In this document: positions 25,891 through 38,560 of the stretch, piece after piece
How the letters are laid out: each line of letters opens with the position of its first letter
Position numbering within the stretch: the stretch's first letter is position 1
Program-made: the position numbers and the translations under genes
Notes under the pieces: generated by a model
Told to the model about the DNA's origin: nothing
Database searches by the model: none
The model's input: the letters and a program-made list of their open reading frames with translations, nothing else
DNA from: Octopus bimaculoides
Lineage: Eukaryota
Reading direction: 5' to 3'
Assembly (NCBI RefSeq): GCF_001194135.2
Contig: NC_068985.1
Location: 1,358,609-1,422,608 of the forward strand
Length of the DNA: 64,000 bases

Positions 25891-26681
25891 TGCGAGGTTT
25901 GATCAATAAGTATCCGGAATGTTGCCATAGTAACGAAACTAAAGCACAGAGAGTGAAGCTGCTTGGCGCAAATTAACCTTGGACTCTGTTGGTCATGTGC
26001 AATAGGTTTTAACGTTCTAGCTCACTTCAGTGCTTGGAACGAAGGTATGTAGCATGTGATCATTGCTTTGACCATGACAGAGAAAGTTGTCATGGCGATA
26101 CCTGCTCAGAGGCCTATGCAACATCATAGAACGTGTATGGAGAGGGGAGTGTATGAGCCACACACAAGTGCACAAGTGGTTCAGACGCTTCCAAGATAGC
26201 CAAAAAATGTCAATATTAATGAACGTTCTGGGACATCTGCAACCAGCAGAACTGAGAAAAACATCGCAGATGTGTATGCAGCTGCGAGAGGAAATCCTCG
26301 AATCCCCAGAGGATGTGCAGATTAGTTCCATTTTGACTCAATCCATTTTGACTCAATCCATTCTCACTGAAGATTTAGGTGTGAGATACATGTCTGCCTT
26401 CATTGTGTTGAGAACGATGAAAACCTTTTGTAAACGTTGTGTAGGCCACTGAGCAGGTATTGCCAAGCTTTTGATGAAATTTGATGCAGAAACTCTGCTC
26501 ATCTTTCTCCATCATGCTCAATGTGATAATCATACGCTACACACCTTGCTTCCTTGAGCTAGAATGTTATATCACATGCACAGCAGAGTTCAAGGTCAAT
26601 TTGTGCCAAGTAGCATCACTTTGCGTACTTTAGGATCGTTACAATCGCAATAGTCCGGCTACTTATCAATCAAACCATGTA
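25891..26681 (+). mobile_element. Internally deleted mariner element with both TIRs
   Basis: ~45-bp imperfect TIRs (TGCGAGGTTTGATCAATAAGTATCCGG / CCGGCTACTTATCAATCAAACCATGTA); N-terminal HTH relic ECMSHTQVHKWFRRFQ and ILTEDLGVR. Confidence 0.85.
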
Positions 26682-27738
26682 TATATGTGTGGGTGGGGTA
26701 TGTATATAAATTTATAGATATACATACATAGATATCAGAAAAGGAGGTAAACATTGATGACGTTGAAGACTAAAGCTGGTCAAACAAAGGCTGTTGTGCT
26801 TTGTATTATAAATGCTGTGGCCCAGGGTTTGGCCCTTTGGAAATCTTTATTCAACAACCCTGTTTTTCACAAAGCATAATATAAAATGAAAAGCCAATCA
26901 GTAAATAATATAAATTTCATTATCTCACAGCAACCATGACAAGCCGGGGGTCAAAGTTTGAACTTATCATTTTGTTGTTAGTAGTTATATACCTGAGTCT
27001 CATTATTACTGAGTCCATAGATTTATCAGAATGTCAGATCGTTTTTTTTTTCTGCATCTCTATTTTGTTTCTCATAATTTTTTTCCCCAAAGTCCCATTA
27101 TTTAAGTTGAAAGTTCTAACAAAAGGATTCATTAGAAACACTCTGTCAGGTTCTTTGATTCCTCATCAGAAGATAGACTTGTCTGGGTAATGTAGCAGTA
27201 TATATTATGGTTTCCTGTAAGGTTCAATTGGTTTTAATATATTCTATATAGGAATCAGCATATTTCTGTTCTTGGTATAGCAGCAGCAGCAGCCAGTACG
27301 AAGAGTTGTCTCACTTCTCCACCACCACCACCACCACCACCACCACCACCATATACATAAACACTAAGCAGAAATTACTGGACATCAAAAGATTTCTCCG
27401 TTTGATAATAGTTAAAAAGTAAAAACAAAAAACTCTGGTTGACTGCCTGTTGAAAAGAGGACTAAAAGAAGGATACTCATTGTAGTGGAAATCCTTGCCT
27501 TTCAACCTGACTGTGATATACTATGCACTAACAAGCAGCCTGTCTCGATCAATCCCTCTAAAGACAGATGCTTGCTGCCAGTATTAGGTTAACAGTGTGA
27601 GTCAAACAATGTTATTGTGTAATGATTAAATTTTACGACTGTATGTGTGTGTGTGGGTATGATGTATTTATGTATACTTATATATGTATGTATTGATATA
27701 TATATATCCATACATACATACATGCATACAGATATATA

Positions 27739-27773
<35 letters not shown>

Positions 27774-27777
27774 GTAT

Positions 27778-27813
<36 letters not shown>

Positions 27814-28138
27814 GTAGGTAGGTAGGTATACATATATGTATATGAGTATACATATAAATGTTTTGTAGAAACAGGAAGGATATTCTTTTTCAGTTTCGAA
27901 TAAATGAAGGAATCCTACTGCCAGTGTTATTTGAATCCATTTGATTACACCCATGCTGGAGCATCGTCTCTGGGGCCTATACTAAACTTCTTTTGTTTTT
28001 TGTATTTACTTTATAAACATCAGGAAGATATTTTTGTTTGATGTTTCCTGATTTAGCTTAAAGTGCTAAATAATGGTATCAAATCCAGAAACCAATTGCT
28101 TAGTAGATTTGTTAAAGACATTGTGACATGTCTTATAA

Positions 28139-29385
28139 CAGACATGTCAAACTCCCAGCCCATGTGTAGCAATTTCATCTGACCCATGGTACCAGCTTGA
28201 TATCAGCAAGAAATTGGTCCAAATGGCGGCATCAGCAAATAAAGTACTTTGCTACCCTCAGCAACAACCATGGCTTTCTGTTACAACAACACATACATAG
28301 TGTGTGGCTAAAGCAGGCCATTGCATTATATATAGCACTGACTGCACTACCTTTCTTACTAAGGGTGTCACAAAAAGTAGCAATAATTTAATACACGACT
28401 AGAAACAATACAACTGTAACTATTACCCCCTGTCTGTACAAAAAAACATTAAAGAGGCATGATAACACAGTCACAAGTCTTAATTGTCTCCTTTTATTCT
28501 CTAATTGCACATTGTGAAGCACTGATGACGCAAAATCTACTAATCCCACAATGCACCATAACAGCCACCTTGCCACTCTTTCAGGGGATCATCTTCACGT
28601 GACGTCATTCAGTAGTAGTAGTAGTAGTAGTAGTAGCTATCTATATCAGTGGCCAAGAGAAAAGTCGATGCTGAAAATAGAGCCTTTCAAATCTGGTGGG
28701 AAACCGAGTACATGTTTACGGACGTTGATGGCAAACCCAGGTGTCTTAAATGTGGTGCTAATGTTGCTGTACTTAAAGAGTATAATCTCTAATGCCACTA
28801 CGAGACAATACATCAGGACAAGTACAAATACCTCACTGCTGAGCAGAAGCAGCGAAAGGTAGACGAGTTGAAGAGGAATCTCACATTACAACAGACGTTT
28901 TAAACCAAATTGAAATCATAAAGTGAAGCTGTTGTTAAAGCAAGTTTTATTGTGGCAGGGGAGATTCTAAAGTCAACCCGGCCATTTACTGAAGGAGTGT
29001 TTGTGAAGAACTGTGTAAGGAAAATGTGTCCAGACAAGAAGCTGATGCGAGCGTCAGCAGAAATACGGTTGCTAATCGGGTTTGTGAGACATGGCCACTG
29101 ATTTGAAAACACAGTCAATTGAAAAAGGAAAGGATCTTGCTCCATACTGTTGTGGATGAAACTACTGACATGACTGATACGTGGAGTGGACTCTAATTTG
29201 TTTGTCACAGAGGAAATTTTGGACATTAAATTGATGCACGGGACAACAAAAGGAAAGGACCTTTTTGAAAAAATATGTCAGAGTGTAACCGACATGAAAC
29301 TGCCATGAGACAAACTTGTTGGACTTACAACTGTTGGAGCACTGGCGATGTACAGTAAGAAAAGTGGACTAGTGCAACTGAATTT
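28139..29385 (+). mobile_element. 3'-truncated hAT (Charlie/SPIN-like, GTF2IRD2-type) transposon
   Basis: 5' end CAGACATGTCAAACT; from 28649 AKRKVDAENRAFQ...CLKCGANVAVLKEYNL*CHYET (BED-like zinc finger), VDETTDMTDT, HGTTKGKDLF, LVGLTTVGA; several stops. Confidence 0.9.
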
Positions 29386-30599
29386 CGTTGGCAGATAATG
29401 AAGAGAAAACTATTTTATACATGTATATGTGTGTGAGGTAGGTAGGTAGGTGTTTATGTATGTAGGTAGGGAGATAGTTAGCCTGCTAGATCGCTAGATA
29501 GATAAATAAATTGATAGACAGCCTTTTTTTTACAAATTTCTTTTACCCCCACAATTGAACTATCCATTAAGATATTTCTTTATATACCAGAAAAATACAC
29601 TATTATCTTACATCCGTTTAGCATCTACTTTGCATCTTCTTTGCAAACTAAGAAGTAACTGTCAACCTTTTCTTTGTGAAAATAGAATAAATCTGAAAGT
29701 ATTCAAAAGAGAATATTGAGTGACCCATCAACATCATTTTTGACTGTTTTTATATTTAACATTACATAAAAAGATTTGTTAATGAAACAACACTCTTAAG
29801 CTGAGAATTTTCCTAGCATTGATTGAAAACAAGAAAAGATGCAGCAACAATTCCACACACATTCTCATGAAGAATTTATCAGCCAAAAAATATTACCTGG
29901 AAGTAATATTACAAAGAGAAAAATGAAAAGAAAGGAAAACAGAACTCCCTTCATAAGAATGAGATAGAATATTTATCATTACAAGAAAGACAACAATGAT
30001 AAAAATTCAAGAAACTACATATTGAAATGGTCAAATGTCCATTATCCAATTGGCTATTACAAACACTTAAGGGTGAACTCTTTGCAATAACCAAAAATAT
30101 CTGATTCACCAAGTGATCTAACACCTTGTAGAATGAATTCAAGTCGAAAATTATTTGCAATCAAAAACAATGAAATCTTATTTGTTAAGTGAGATAAGAC
30201 AAATAACCTCTACTCCATAAGCCCTCTTATTATCCTCCCCTTTCTAAATTGATCTCTTATATCTATAAAAAATGAAAAAAACCCAAAAACCGAAATATTC
30301 TAATTTAAATGACATAAACACAACAGACCGAAAAATATCCGCCAACTTAAAAAAAATAAAACAAAACAGATATCTTAGCACCTAAATGCTTATAGATATC
30401 TCAATGAAAGACCATCACTGTAATCTTAGTAACAGCCATCTGTCAAGCTAGTAATCCCTTGTAAATCTAACATAAGCATCATTAGTAAGAAAATTATTGA
30501 CACACATGGATACCCGACATAAAAATACAGCATTGTCTCTCTTGAGTAAAATAAGCTGTAATTGAATGTTTCAAAACATTCTAAACAAAAATTAGTGCC

Positions 30600-31185
30600 A
30601 TTTCATACAGTTTGATATTAAGGACTTTTTTTACAATAATACTAAAACCACTTCTTATTGCAGCAGTAAATTTTGTTAAATCAATTAGAATTATCAAAGA
30701 ATCAGAAATTGCAATAACAATACATGTGAGGAAGTTTTTTCTGTTCCATAAAAAATCATATAGGATAAAGGAAAATATTGGTATATCATTTGATATTAGG
30801 AATGGATGGGATCAAACAAACCTGCAGAGATTAGTGACATCATTGGCCTGCATATATTATTGGCACTGCACAGCAAATTCCCCTTTGTTTCAGGTTGAAT
30901 TCATGGAATTATCGGTTTATTTCTCCCCATCCTTTGGAAAACAACATATCTCTGTTATTGTTGCCATACATCTCAAAACAGTCAACTTTCTTGACATGAA
31001 ATTTAACTGACAAAAAAATCCGCATAAAAATATAAATACATATAAAGAAAGATAAAAACATTCTGTATACACATATATTCTCCAACCTTATTAACATTAT
31101 CTCCAGACTATCTTCTTTATTTTCTAATGAATCTCTATTCAACAATATTATAGACATACAACGAAGCACTTTACAATACCTGAGG
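30600..31185 (+). mobile_element. Decayed Penelope-like RT
   Basis: IHVRKFFLF, HLKTVNFLDMKFN, NIISRLSSLFSNESLFNNI. Confidence 0.65.
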
Positions 31186-31521
31186 ATTAAATGCAATCGC
31201 ACCAGTGAACCACCTGCTGGTGATATCATTTCTGCAGTAATACTTATAGCTTGAAAAGAAGGACACAAACAAACGTTCAATTTATTGTTGTTGTTTAACT
31301 TTAGTTCAACCCTAACTGAGAAGACCTATAATCAAAGACAGTTCAGCCATAGGCATTACATAATGGTCGTTCCATGTGCAAAAATTTGCAATCACATTTC
31401 CTTAAAAATGTAGTATTTTGAAAAAACATGAAGGAGACAAATGGTTAGTTGGATTAAGAGATGGCTATTGAGGTGTCTTTAGATGACATAAAGATATTTA
31501 TCTTGTCAGTACACATATATA

Positions 31522-31650
<129 letters not shown>

Positions 31651-32795
31651 AAGTGATAGAAAATGGAATGAATGAAATTCTTTATTTAAAATCTCTACAA
31701 TTGTTTTGACACAATTTTACATCCGTGGTGTATTGGTGAGATACTGTGTAATTATTATCATACATCCAAGGTGTAAAATACACTTCCTCGGGTAATTGTT
31801 TAAATATATCCTTTGTTAGATCCTCTCATCATTTCACTCAGTATGATAATACCAGTGTGATAATATATACAATGTGTATATGTATATATATTGTGTGTTC
31901 TGGGACTATTGTGTGTGCTTGGAGCTAGGCATATATGACTGATGACATACAAATCTCATGGGAAAATTGCAAACACAAGCAGTAAAATTTTGATGAACCA
32001 AAAGTATTTCCACATGAAATGGGCAGCATTTGCATCACATCACAACAATAGTTTCATACCCAGAAGTTGAGACTATGTGTGTCTTCAAACTGCAATTTTG
32101 GATTTAGGAAATTTATTGTTTTAAATGAACTGCAAGGAAAACAACCAAAATTATGGAAATAATTTCAATACAGAAAGACAAAACTAGAACACAATCGTGC
32201 TCCACTTCATCATATACAGCCTCACATATACATACATATACACACATATGAATGCATACAAACACACATATGTAGATAAGATGAGAGATTTTGTTTGTAT
32301 AAAGTTTATGAATATAGAACAACCCGGAAGAAACTAAATCAATAATCTAAGAAACTAAATCAATAAGTATATTTCAAATCCTGTTACCTATATCGGAAGC
32401 GAATTCTGTGATTTGGACAATTCAAAATTGCTTTGGAATTAAAAGTTAAAAGCTGATAAATAAAAATGTCTTAGGAAGCAGATTGTGAAAACAAATTAAA
32501 AATAAAAAGCACTAAATACATTATGACAATAACTTAGCAGAATTCAACAGGAATTTTTATAGTCAGATAAATAGATTCGTTATTTTAGAAGCATAAAATG
32601 CTTGACCAGTTATACTCTTATGACAGAAAGAATAGATTCACTGCTTTCATTTGTATGGATAAATTTCAGTAGCATACAAGTAAACTGTATCTATTTAGTA
32701 CTCAGTTTTTGATTTGGAAAGAAACCACAAACAGAAAAACATGAGATATTTTTTTGCTAACTATGAAAGTACATATAATACATAATATATTAAGA

Positions 32796-33170
32796 CAAGA
32801 CTTCTGCCACCCCCCAAAAAATTTTCTTCGACACAAACCCCCCTTTTCAGGAATGGGGAATATGAATCTGCAAAAAAATTGGCAAAAATCAACATTTCTA
32901 AATTACCACCCCATTTCTTTCATTTCTAACTTTTTTCAGAATTTTTTTTCTAAATATGCGGAAAAGTACAGACATCATGATTCGGACAAAAATTTTTTAA
33001 TATTTCTGTACTTACGGTTATTGTTTTTGGGTTAGTTTTAGGGTTAGTGTTGGAGAAAAATGTCAAAATTGAAGAAGTTGGTGGGGGAAAGGGGGGAAAT
33101 TTCACAATTCTGATTTTTGGCAAAAAACATTACAAAACTAAACAAATTTGTGGGGACGGGCAGATGTTTT
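32796..33170. mobile_element. Old foldback/MITE with long imperfect inverted arms
   Basis: CTTCTGCCACCCCCCAAAAAATTT vs AAATTTGTGGGGACGGGCAGATG; inner TTGGCAAAAATCAACATTTCTAAATT vs AATTTCACAATTCTGATTTTTGGCAA. Confidence 0.6.
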
Positions 33171-35522
33171 TCCATTGTTCATAATATCAGGAAATTAAAA
33201 TCAGAAAATTCATCAGAAAGATATATACATGTGTAGAATAATTATTGTATTAAAAATATAAATATATATAAATATATGTAAATATGTATAAGTATAAATA
33301 TATAATAATAATAAATATAACAGTTTAAAATTTAATAGTTTAAAATTAAGCTTTAAAGCATCTTACAATCGTTTCGCAAAAGTATTATCTCTATAACAGA
33401 ATCCTATATTGATAAACATTTATAGACAATACTTCTGCTCCTCAGAGATATAAAGTGTGAAGTTTGTATAATTTATCGAATGGCATTTTTTAAAAAATAT
33501 GAAGTAATATGGGAAAATGGTGCTTGTTTGAAATATGAATCAAAAGTTACTAGGAAAGTATATCTTATGAATGGAATGTTGTCAAATGCTAAAGAATATC
33601 CAGTGTTGATAGAGTATTCAGAAAACAGGTCAAACATTTTTAACTGTAATAAACATGTTTGTCTCATATTCTCTCAAAGAAAATTTCTGAATTTCAAACT
33701 TCCCTGTTTTGAAATTATCTGAAAGGCTGCAGCATAAAATTCACCAAAAAAAAAAAAAAAAAGGAAAGAAACTTAAGATTATTTGAGAATGCTGAGTGAA
33801 ACAGAAATAACTCTGCCAATTTTCATTATGACAAATGTCGTTCATTGTATAACTATTTTAAAGATAATTAACATTGGGTAATTTACAATATAATACAACA
33901 TGTTTAAACTTATTAGATTGCATAAGTTCAGGCATACCATTTGCATATTGCCCATTCTCTATTTTGAATTGTGCTAGAAAACTTCCTGTTTTTGTTAGAA
34001 TTCCTCTTTTAAGGATTCCATATATTCTTTGGATACTGTTTTTTTTAACTTCGAACAAATCAGATAAGTAGAAATAGAAATACCTACACATTACAAATTT
34101 CTGCAATAATATTCTGTTTCTTTCGTTTTGTTTTGCTTTTTTTTGCTATAAATCCATATACAAATTTTTATAGAACAGAAAGAACTCTTTCAATACATTA
34201 TGGATTTTCTTTTAACTGCAATGATCTCTTCTTTCTTACTGTATAAGCAATTTGTAAGTACCGCTGGTATTACCTCATTTCAGATAAAATAAAATCAATG
34301 TGTGCATACATACACACACACATGCACATGCATGCACACACACCTGCACACACACATTCACAGACACACATGTGCATGTGCACACACACACACACCTCAC
34401 TCACACATGCACTTGCACACACAGGCACACACATTCACAGACACACGTGCACATGTGCACACATACACACACACGCACACAAATACACACATACAAATAA
34501 CTTAGTTGTTGTCATAAGTCTGTTAGTTCAACATGTATTTTGGTGTTGAAAAATATCAAACAATTCTTTAACAAATAAAATAACCTTAAAAATGGAGAAA
34601 AATCATTGGTTAATAGAAGTTGGTGAAAGTATCTGAAATAAAGTTTCACATTTCCACATTTCTTTTGTTGAGGCAGATTTTTTAGAATCTAAACCAGAAA
34701 CAAAATAGGATAACATTGATTTGAAAATGAAGCCTTTAAAATAATGTTTTTTCTCCATATTTTGCAGGAAGAAAAAAAAACTGAAATCTTTATACTGAAT
34801 TCAGCAGAAGTGTATTGTCAATGTTGTCAGAGAATATCAAAATCCAGAAGCATCGTTATTTAAAATTTACTTTCAAAAGTAAAATTTATAAAATATGATT
34901 TTAAAAAGAAAGTGATAATTTTTTCCTATTTTTTACCTTTCATTTCCATATGAATTTATTTTTTAAACTTTTCTATTTGTCAAACAAACAAGTTAGACAT
35001 CTTCCATTTATTTTTTGCCTTATATTATTTACACATATATATGTGTGTGTGTGTGCAAGTGCATATGTACATGTATATGTATATATGTGTATACACACAA
35101 ACACACACACACACATAATATGAAAATCCATTTTTCTGAGCTACAAATTCACCAAAGTCTGAAATTTCTTTGAAATGTTATATAATCTGCATATATTGCC
35201 AAGTTTATATCTCTTTTATACAATATTATCAAAAGAAGAATAACTAAATTAATTTGTAAGATATTAATTTCTGAAATAGTTGCAAGGCCACTTGTTTTGG
35301 GGGGAAAGGGTTCAGGAGGTTTAATTAACCCCAGTAGAATGGATGGTAATGTTGACCGCAGCAAGATTTAAGCTTTGAACAGAAACAAACACAACAGCAA
35401 AATGATTTCTCCAATATGCTGTATTCTGACAAATCACTCTCTTTTTTTAATTTACAAAATATCTACCCTTTTAGCAATCATGTTACTCTGACAAATAATT
35501 ATTTATTCATTTTGTTTTGAAT

Positions 35523-35861
35523 TATCGTATTCGATGGTCTATAAGATGCACCTTTTTACGCAAAAGGGGCTTAAAAATCCCCCTGCGTCCTATGCACTCA
35601 ATGTAGGCTCAAAACGCACTCAAAATGGTATGTATGTTTACAAAATGTGTGCTGCCATCTATTGGTGAACAACCGCCTATGGCATGTTTATATCAAATGT
35701 AGATGCAATAAATTGCTTATAATTGCCAGTAATAACAAAGTTATACAGGTAAGTGGAAGAATTAAAACATTATTTTAGTGGTAATTTATTTTACAAAAGT
35801 ATAGCCTAGGCTCAGGTGCATTCTATGCACTTATGTGTCTTATAGGCCATCAAATACGGTA
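35523..35861. mobile_element. Tc1/mariner (pogo/Tc2-type) MITE
   Basis: TIRs TATCGTATTCGATGGTCTATAAGA / TCTTATAGGCCATCAAATACGGTA with flanking TA. Confidence 0.8.
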
Positions 35862-36111
35862 ATCATTCATTATCTTGTAGCTTCTTGAGCCTTATGATGT
35901 GATTGCTTATTTTTAGGGGGACATTGTAAGGTAAGTGCAAGAGACTGGATCTGGCTGGTTTTAACGTATAACAGGTAAAATCTTTAGTTTGGATATGGCT
36001 TATTTGAATGCTAAAGGGTTAAATTTAGACACTTAATCCCTCTTCCTAGTATTTATCCCCCTGAAGGTATGTTCCAAACTAGACTTGGAGTCCTTTATCC
36101 AAAACTATAGA

Positions 36112-36682
36112 GGTAATATTTATTTCCCCACTCAAACGTGGATGTTCTGTTAGAACAAACTATACTGCAGTAGTTTCCACGAGAGAAAATCTCATATTGG
36201 CTTTTGGTGCAAAATGTTTGCCTATTGATATAAACGAGAGGGTATGTGGCACCAAAAGCCAATATGAGAGTTTCTTTCATGCAATGAAATTTCTTCTACC
36301 AGAACATTCACATTTAAATGGGGTTAAATATTACCAGTTGGTATTAATACTGCTTCTGTGGCTAATATATACTTCTAACAGGCTCACTGGCTAATTGCAA
36401 CGAGGGTGCCTGTTGTGACACCGATTTTATATATATCACTGGTGGTGAGAGGAGCCAATGCTACTTCTAGCAGTCGAACGTCCATCACTGATGAGATTAA
36501 GGAAGGTTGAAATTGCATGACCTGGTGGTCTTGGTGCTGATGGGGATTTGTCTTCCTGCTAATCATATAAACAAGCATGCATTTTGCACCAAAAGCTCAG
36601 ATCAAAGTTTCTCCCATGGTATCTAGTGCAGTAAAATCATTTCTAACAGAACATCCACGTTTAAATGGGGATAAATATTACC
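36112..36682. repeat. One ~120-bp arm with two downstream inverted copies
   Basis: A at 36112-36230; inverted copies at about 36229-36335 and 36565-36682. Confidence 0.85.
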
Positions 36683-36711
36683 CCTCAGTATTACTGCTGC
36701 ACCTGTAGCCC

Positions 36712-36910
36712 ACCGGTCGAAATGCTTAGCGGTATTTTGTCTGCCGTTATGTTCTGAGTTCAAATTCCGCTAAGGTCAACTTTGCCTTTCATCCTTTTGG
36801 GGGTCAATCAAATAAGTACCAGTTATACACTGGGGTCAAGGTAATCGAATTAATCCCTTTGTCTTTCCTTGTTTGTCCCCTCTATGTTTAGCCCCTGTGG
36901 GCAATAAAGA
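36712..36910 (+). mobile_element. Meta-like SINE, tail type A, 5'-truncated
   Basis: Near-identical to the reverse complement of 11698-11930. Confidence 0.85.
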
Positions 36911-36959
36911 CATATATATACTTTACAAGAGTACAGAGACAAAAGATGGCATTGATTGT

Positions 36960-38560
36960 GATAGAACTGCCTTGCTAGGTTCCAAACTGCAAAGCTCACT
37001 GACTTCTCTTGGTTAATGTGGGATCTTGTGAACTGCTACTCTCCCAGAGTACTGCCAACCATCTCAACTACCACCTCTATTTCCATCTTATTTGATATTA
37101 TGATGGTGATATTGTCTATGTATGCAGATACAAAATTCCTGTTATTTAGTTCAAGCAAGCAATCCCTCGATGTCTTTAACCTCTGCAGACCTCTGGTCTT
37201 TTTTTTACTGCAAATGTTATATTTGGGTGGTTTTCCATCCATGAAGACCATACACATCAGCTCCAACTCTTTGGAATAAAAACAATCAAGTGAATCAAGA
37301 TTTCCTGATGCAACCGGTAACTAAAATACCAGTGCCATTCCTATTCAAACTTGGTACTATTATTTCTCCATCTTGTTTTACCATTTTCATCATTCTGTTG
37401 TGGTTCCTGTAGGTTAGCACTCTACTGATCTTGGTTTTGGTCACTTGGTATCCTGCCATGAAGGATATGAGGAAATTCTAGCATATTCATGGATTCCTGG
37501 CTGTTGTTAATGCTTCCTGCTAATTGCTGTTGCAGATGGTTGGCACCATCCTGAGTTGTTTCCCTTCGAACACAGCCAAGGACCCACAGTTCTTCCAACT
37601 ACTCTGCAGTCTGCATTGTGAACCCCAGCATCTGCTTCCTGTAATTTGTGTGTCTGTTTATTTTGGGGATTCTGTTTACCTCCTCCCTATCAAGGGTCTG
37701 TTATCATCCCAAGGCATGCAATATTGCCTTAATGTCGTCTGCTTTTATCATGAGTATGTACCCTGTTTGCTCACTCATGGTGTCAGTAAAGGATATATTC
37801 ATCTTTGTTGTTTTATCGTTATTGCTCTTGTTTTCGTTGCTTTTGTTCTTACTGGAATTCTGTTGTTTTTATTGTGGTAGTCATTATTGATATCGGTGTG
37901 GTTCCACTCTGTACGGATACACCAGTGCAGTAATAATAACAAAGTCTATTGTTGCCTACTGAACAATCTATCTAGGTAAGATGTGGATGATCCACTGGCA
38001 TTGCTCCACGTCTATACAGGTACATTCAGGAAATGCAACTAGTACCTGTTGGTCAACTGAAAATGTTTGAGTAGGTTTTCAAGGACTTTGTACCCTCCTC
38101 CTATGGATCGATGTGCACATTCCCATCGTGCATCTGAAATAAAATTCCAACGTCCACTAGTATCAAAGAGTAGAAGGCTTCCAATGAGGTTTCTTGGTGT
38201 CTAATGTCACCTAGCTGTCCTGCACTTGTAAAGACATGCACAACCACTTATCTGAGGGTACTATTTTCATTGTTGTTCAATCCACTACCATCACTGGACT
38301 CCAAAAACATCGTCTGTACCTCCAGCCCTAATTCCTGCAGGAATAGCAATGTCACACAGCCACCAGATCTAATAGATTACAAGTGAGTATGTTTTGTAGT
38401 CATCAAAAATGGGACTGGGTGCATATATTCCAGAAATTTTGGCTTTGGTGATGCTATCAAATCTATGTCTAGTGACCCGTGATAGTTGAACAAGTGACTT
38501 TGCTTCCAAGCTAACCCAAGATCATGTATTTGTACATTTACATATCCTTTCCTAAACAAA
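36960..38560 (-). mobile_element. Decayed L1/Tx1-like LINE (APE endonuclease and RT relics)
   Basis: EN-like LENLLKHFQLT...FPNVPV*TWSN near 37990-38090; RT-like VSAYIDNITIIISN...HINQEKSV near 36990-37135. Confidence 0.7.

Noticed and set aside
33029-33047. Interstitial telomere
   Set aside because: Only about two degenerate units, inside a foldback element.
33480-34106. Cluster of 65-82-aa AT-rich ORFs
   Set aside because: No recognisable motif or convincing splice signals.
35917-35930. 14-nt exon-like segment (TTTTAG|...AAG|GTAAGT)
   Set aside because: It lies in what appears to be a repeat ending in AAAGGGTTAA (piggyBac-like end) and is not frame-preserving.
36485-36515. CTGATGA...GAAA hammerhead-like spacing
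   Set aside because: No credible stem II, stem III or stem I.
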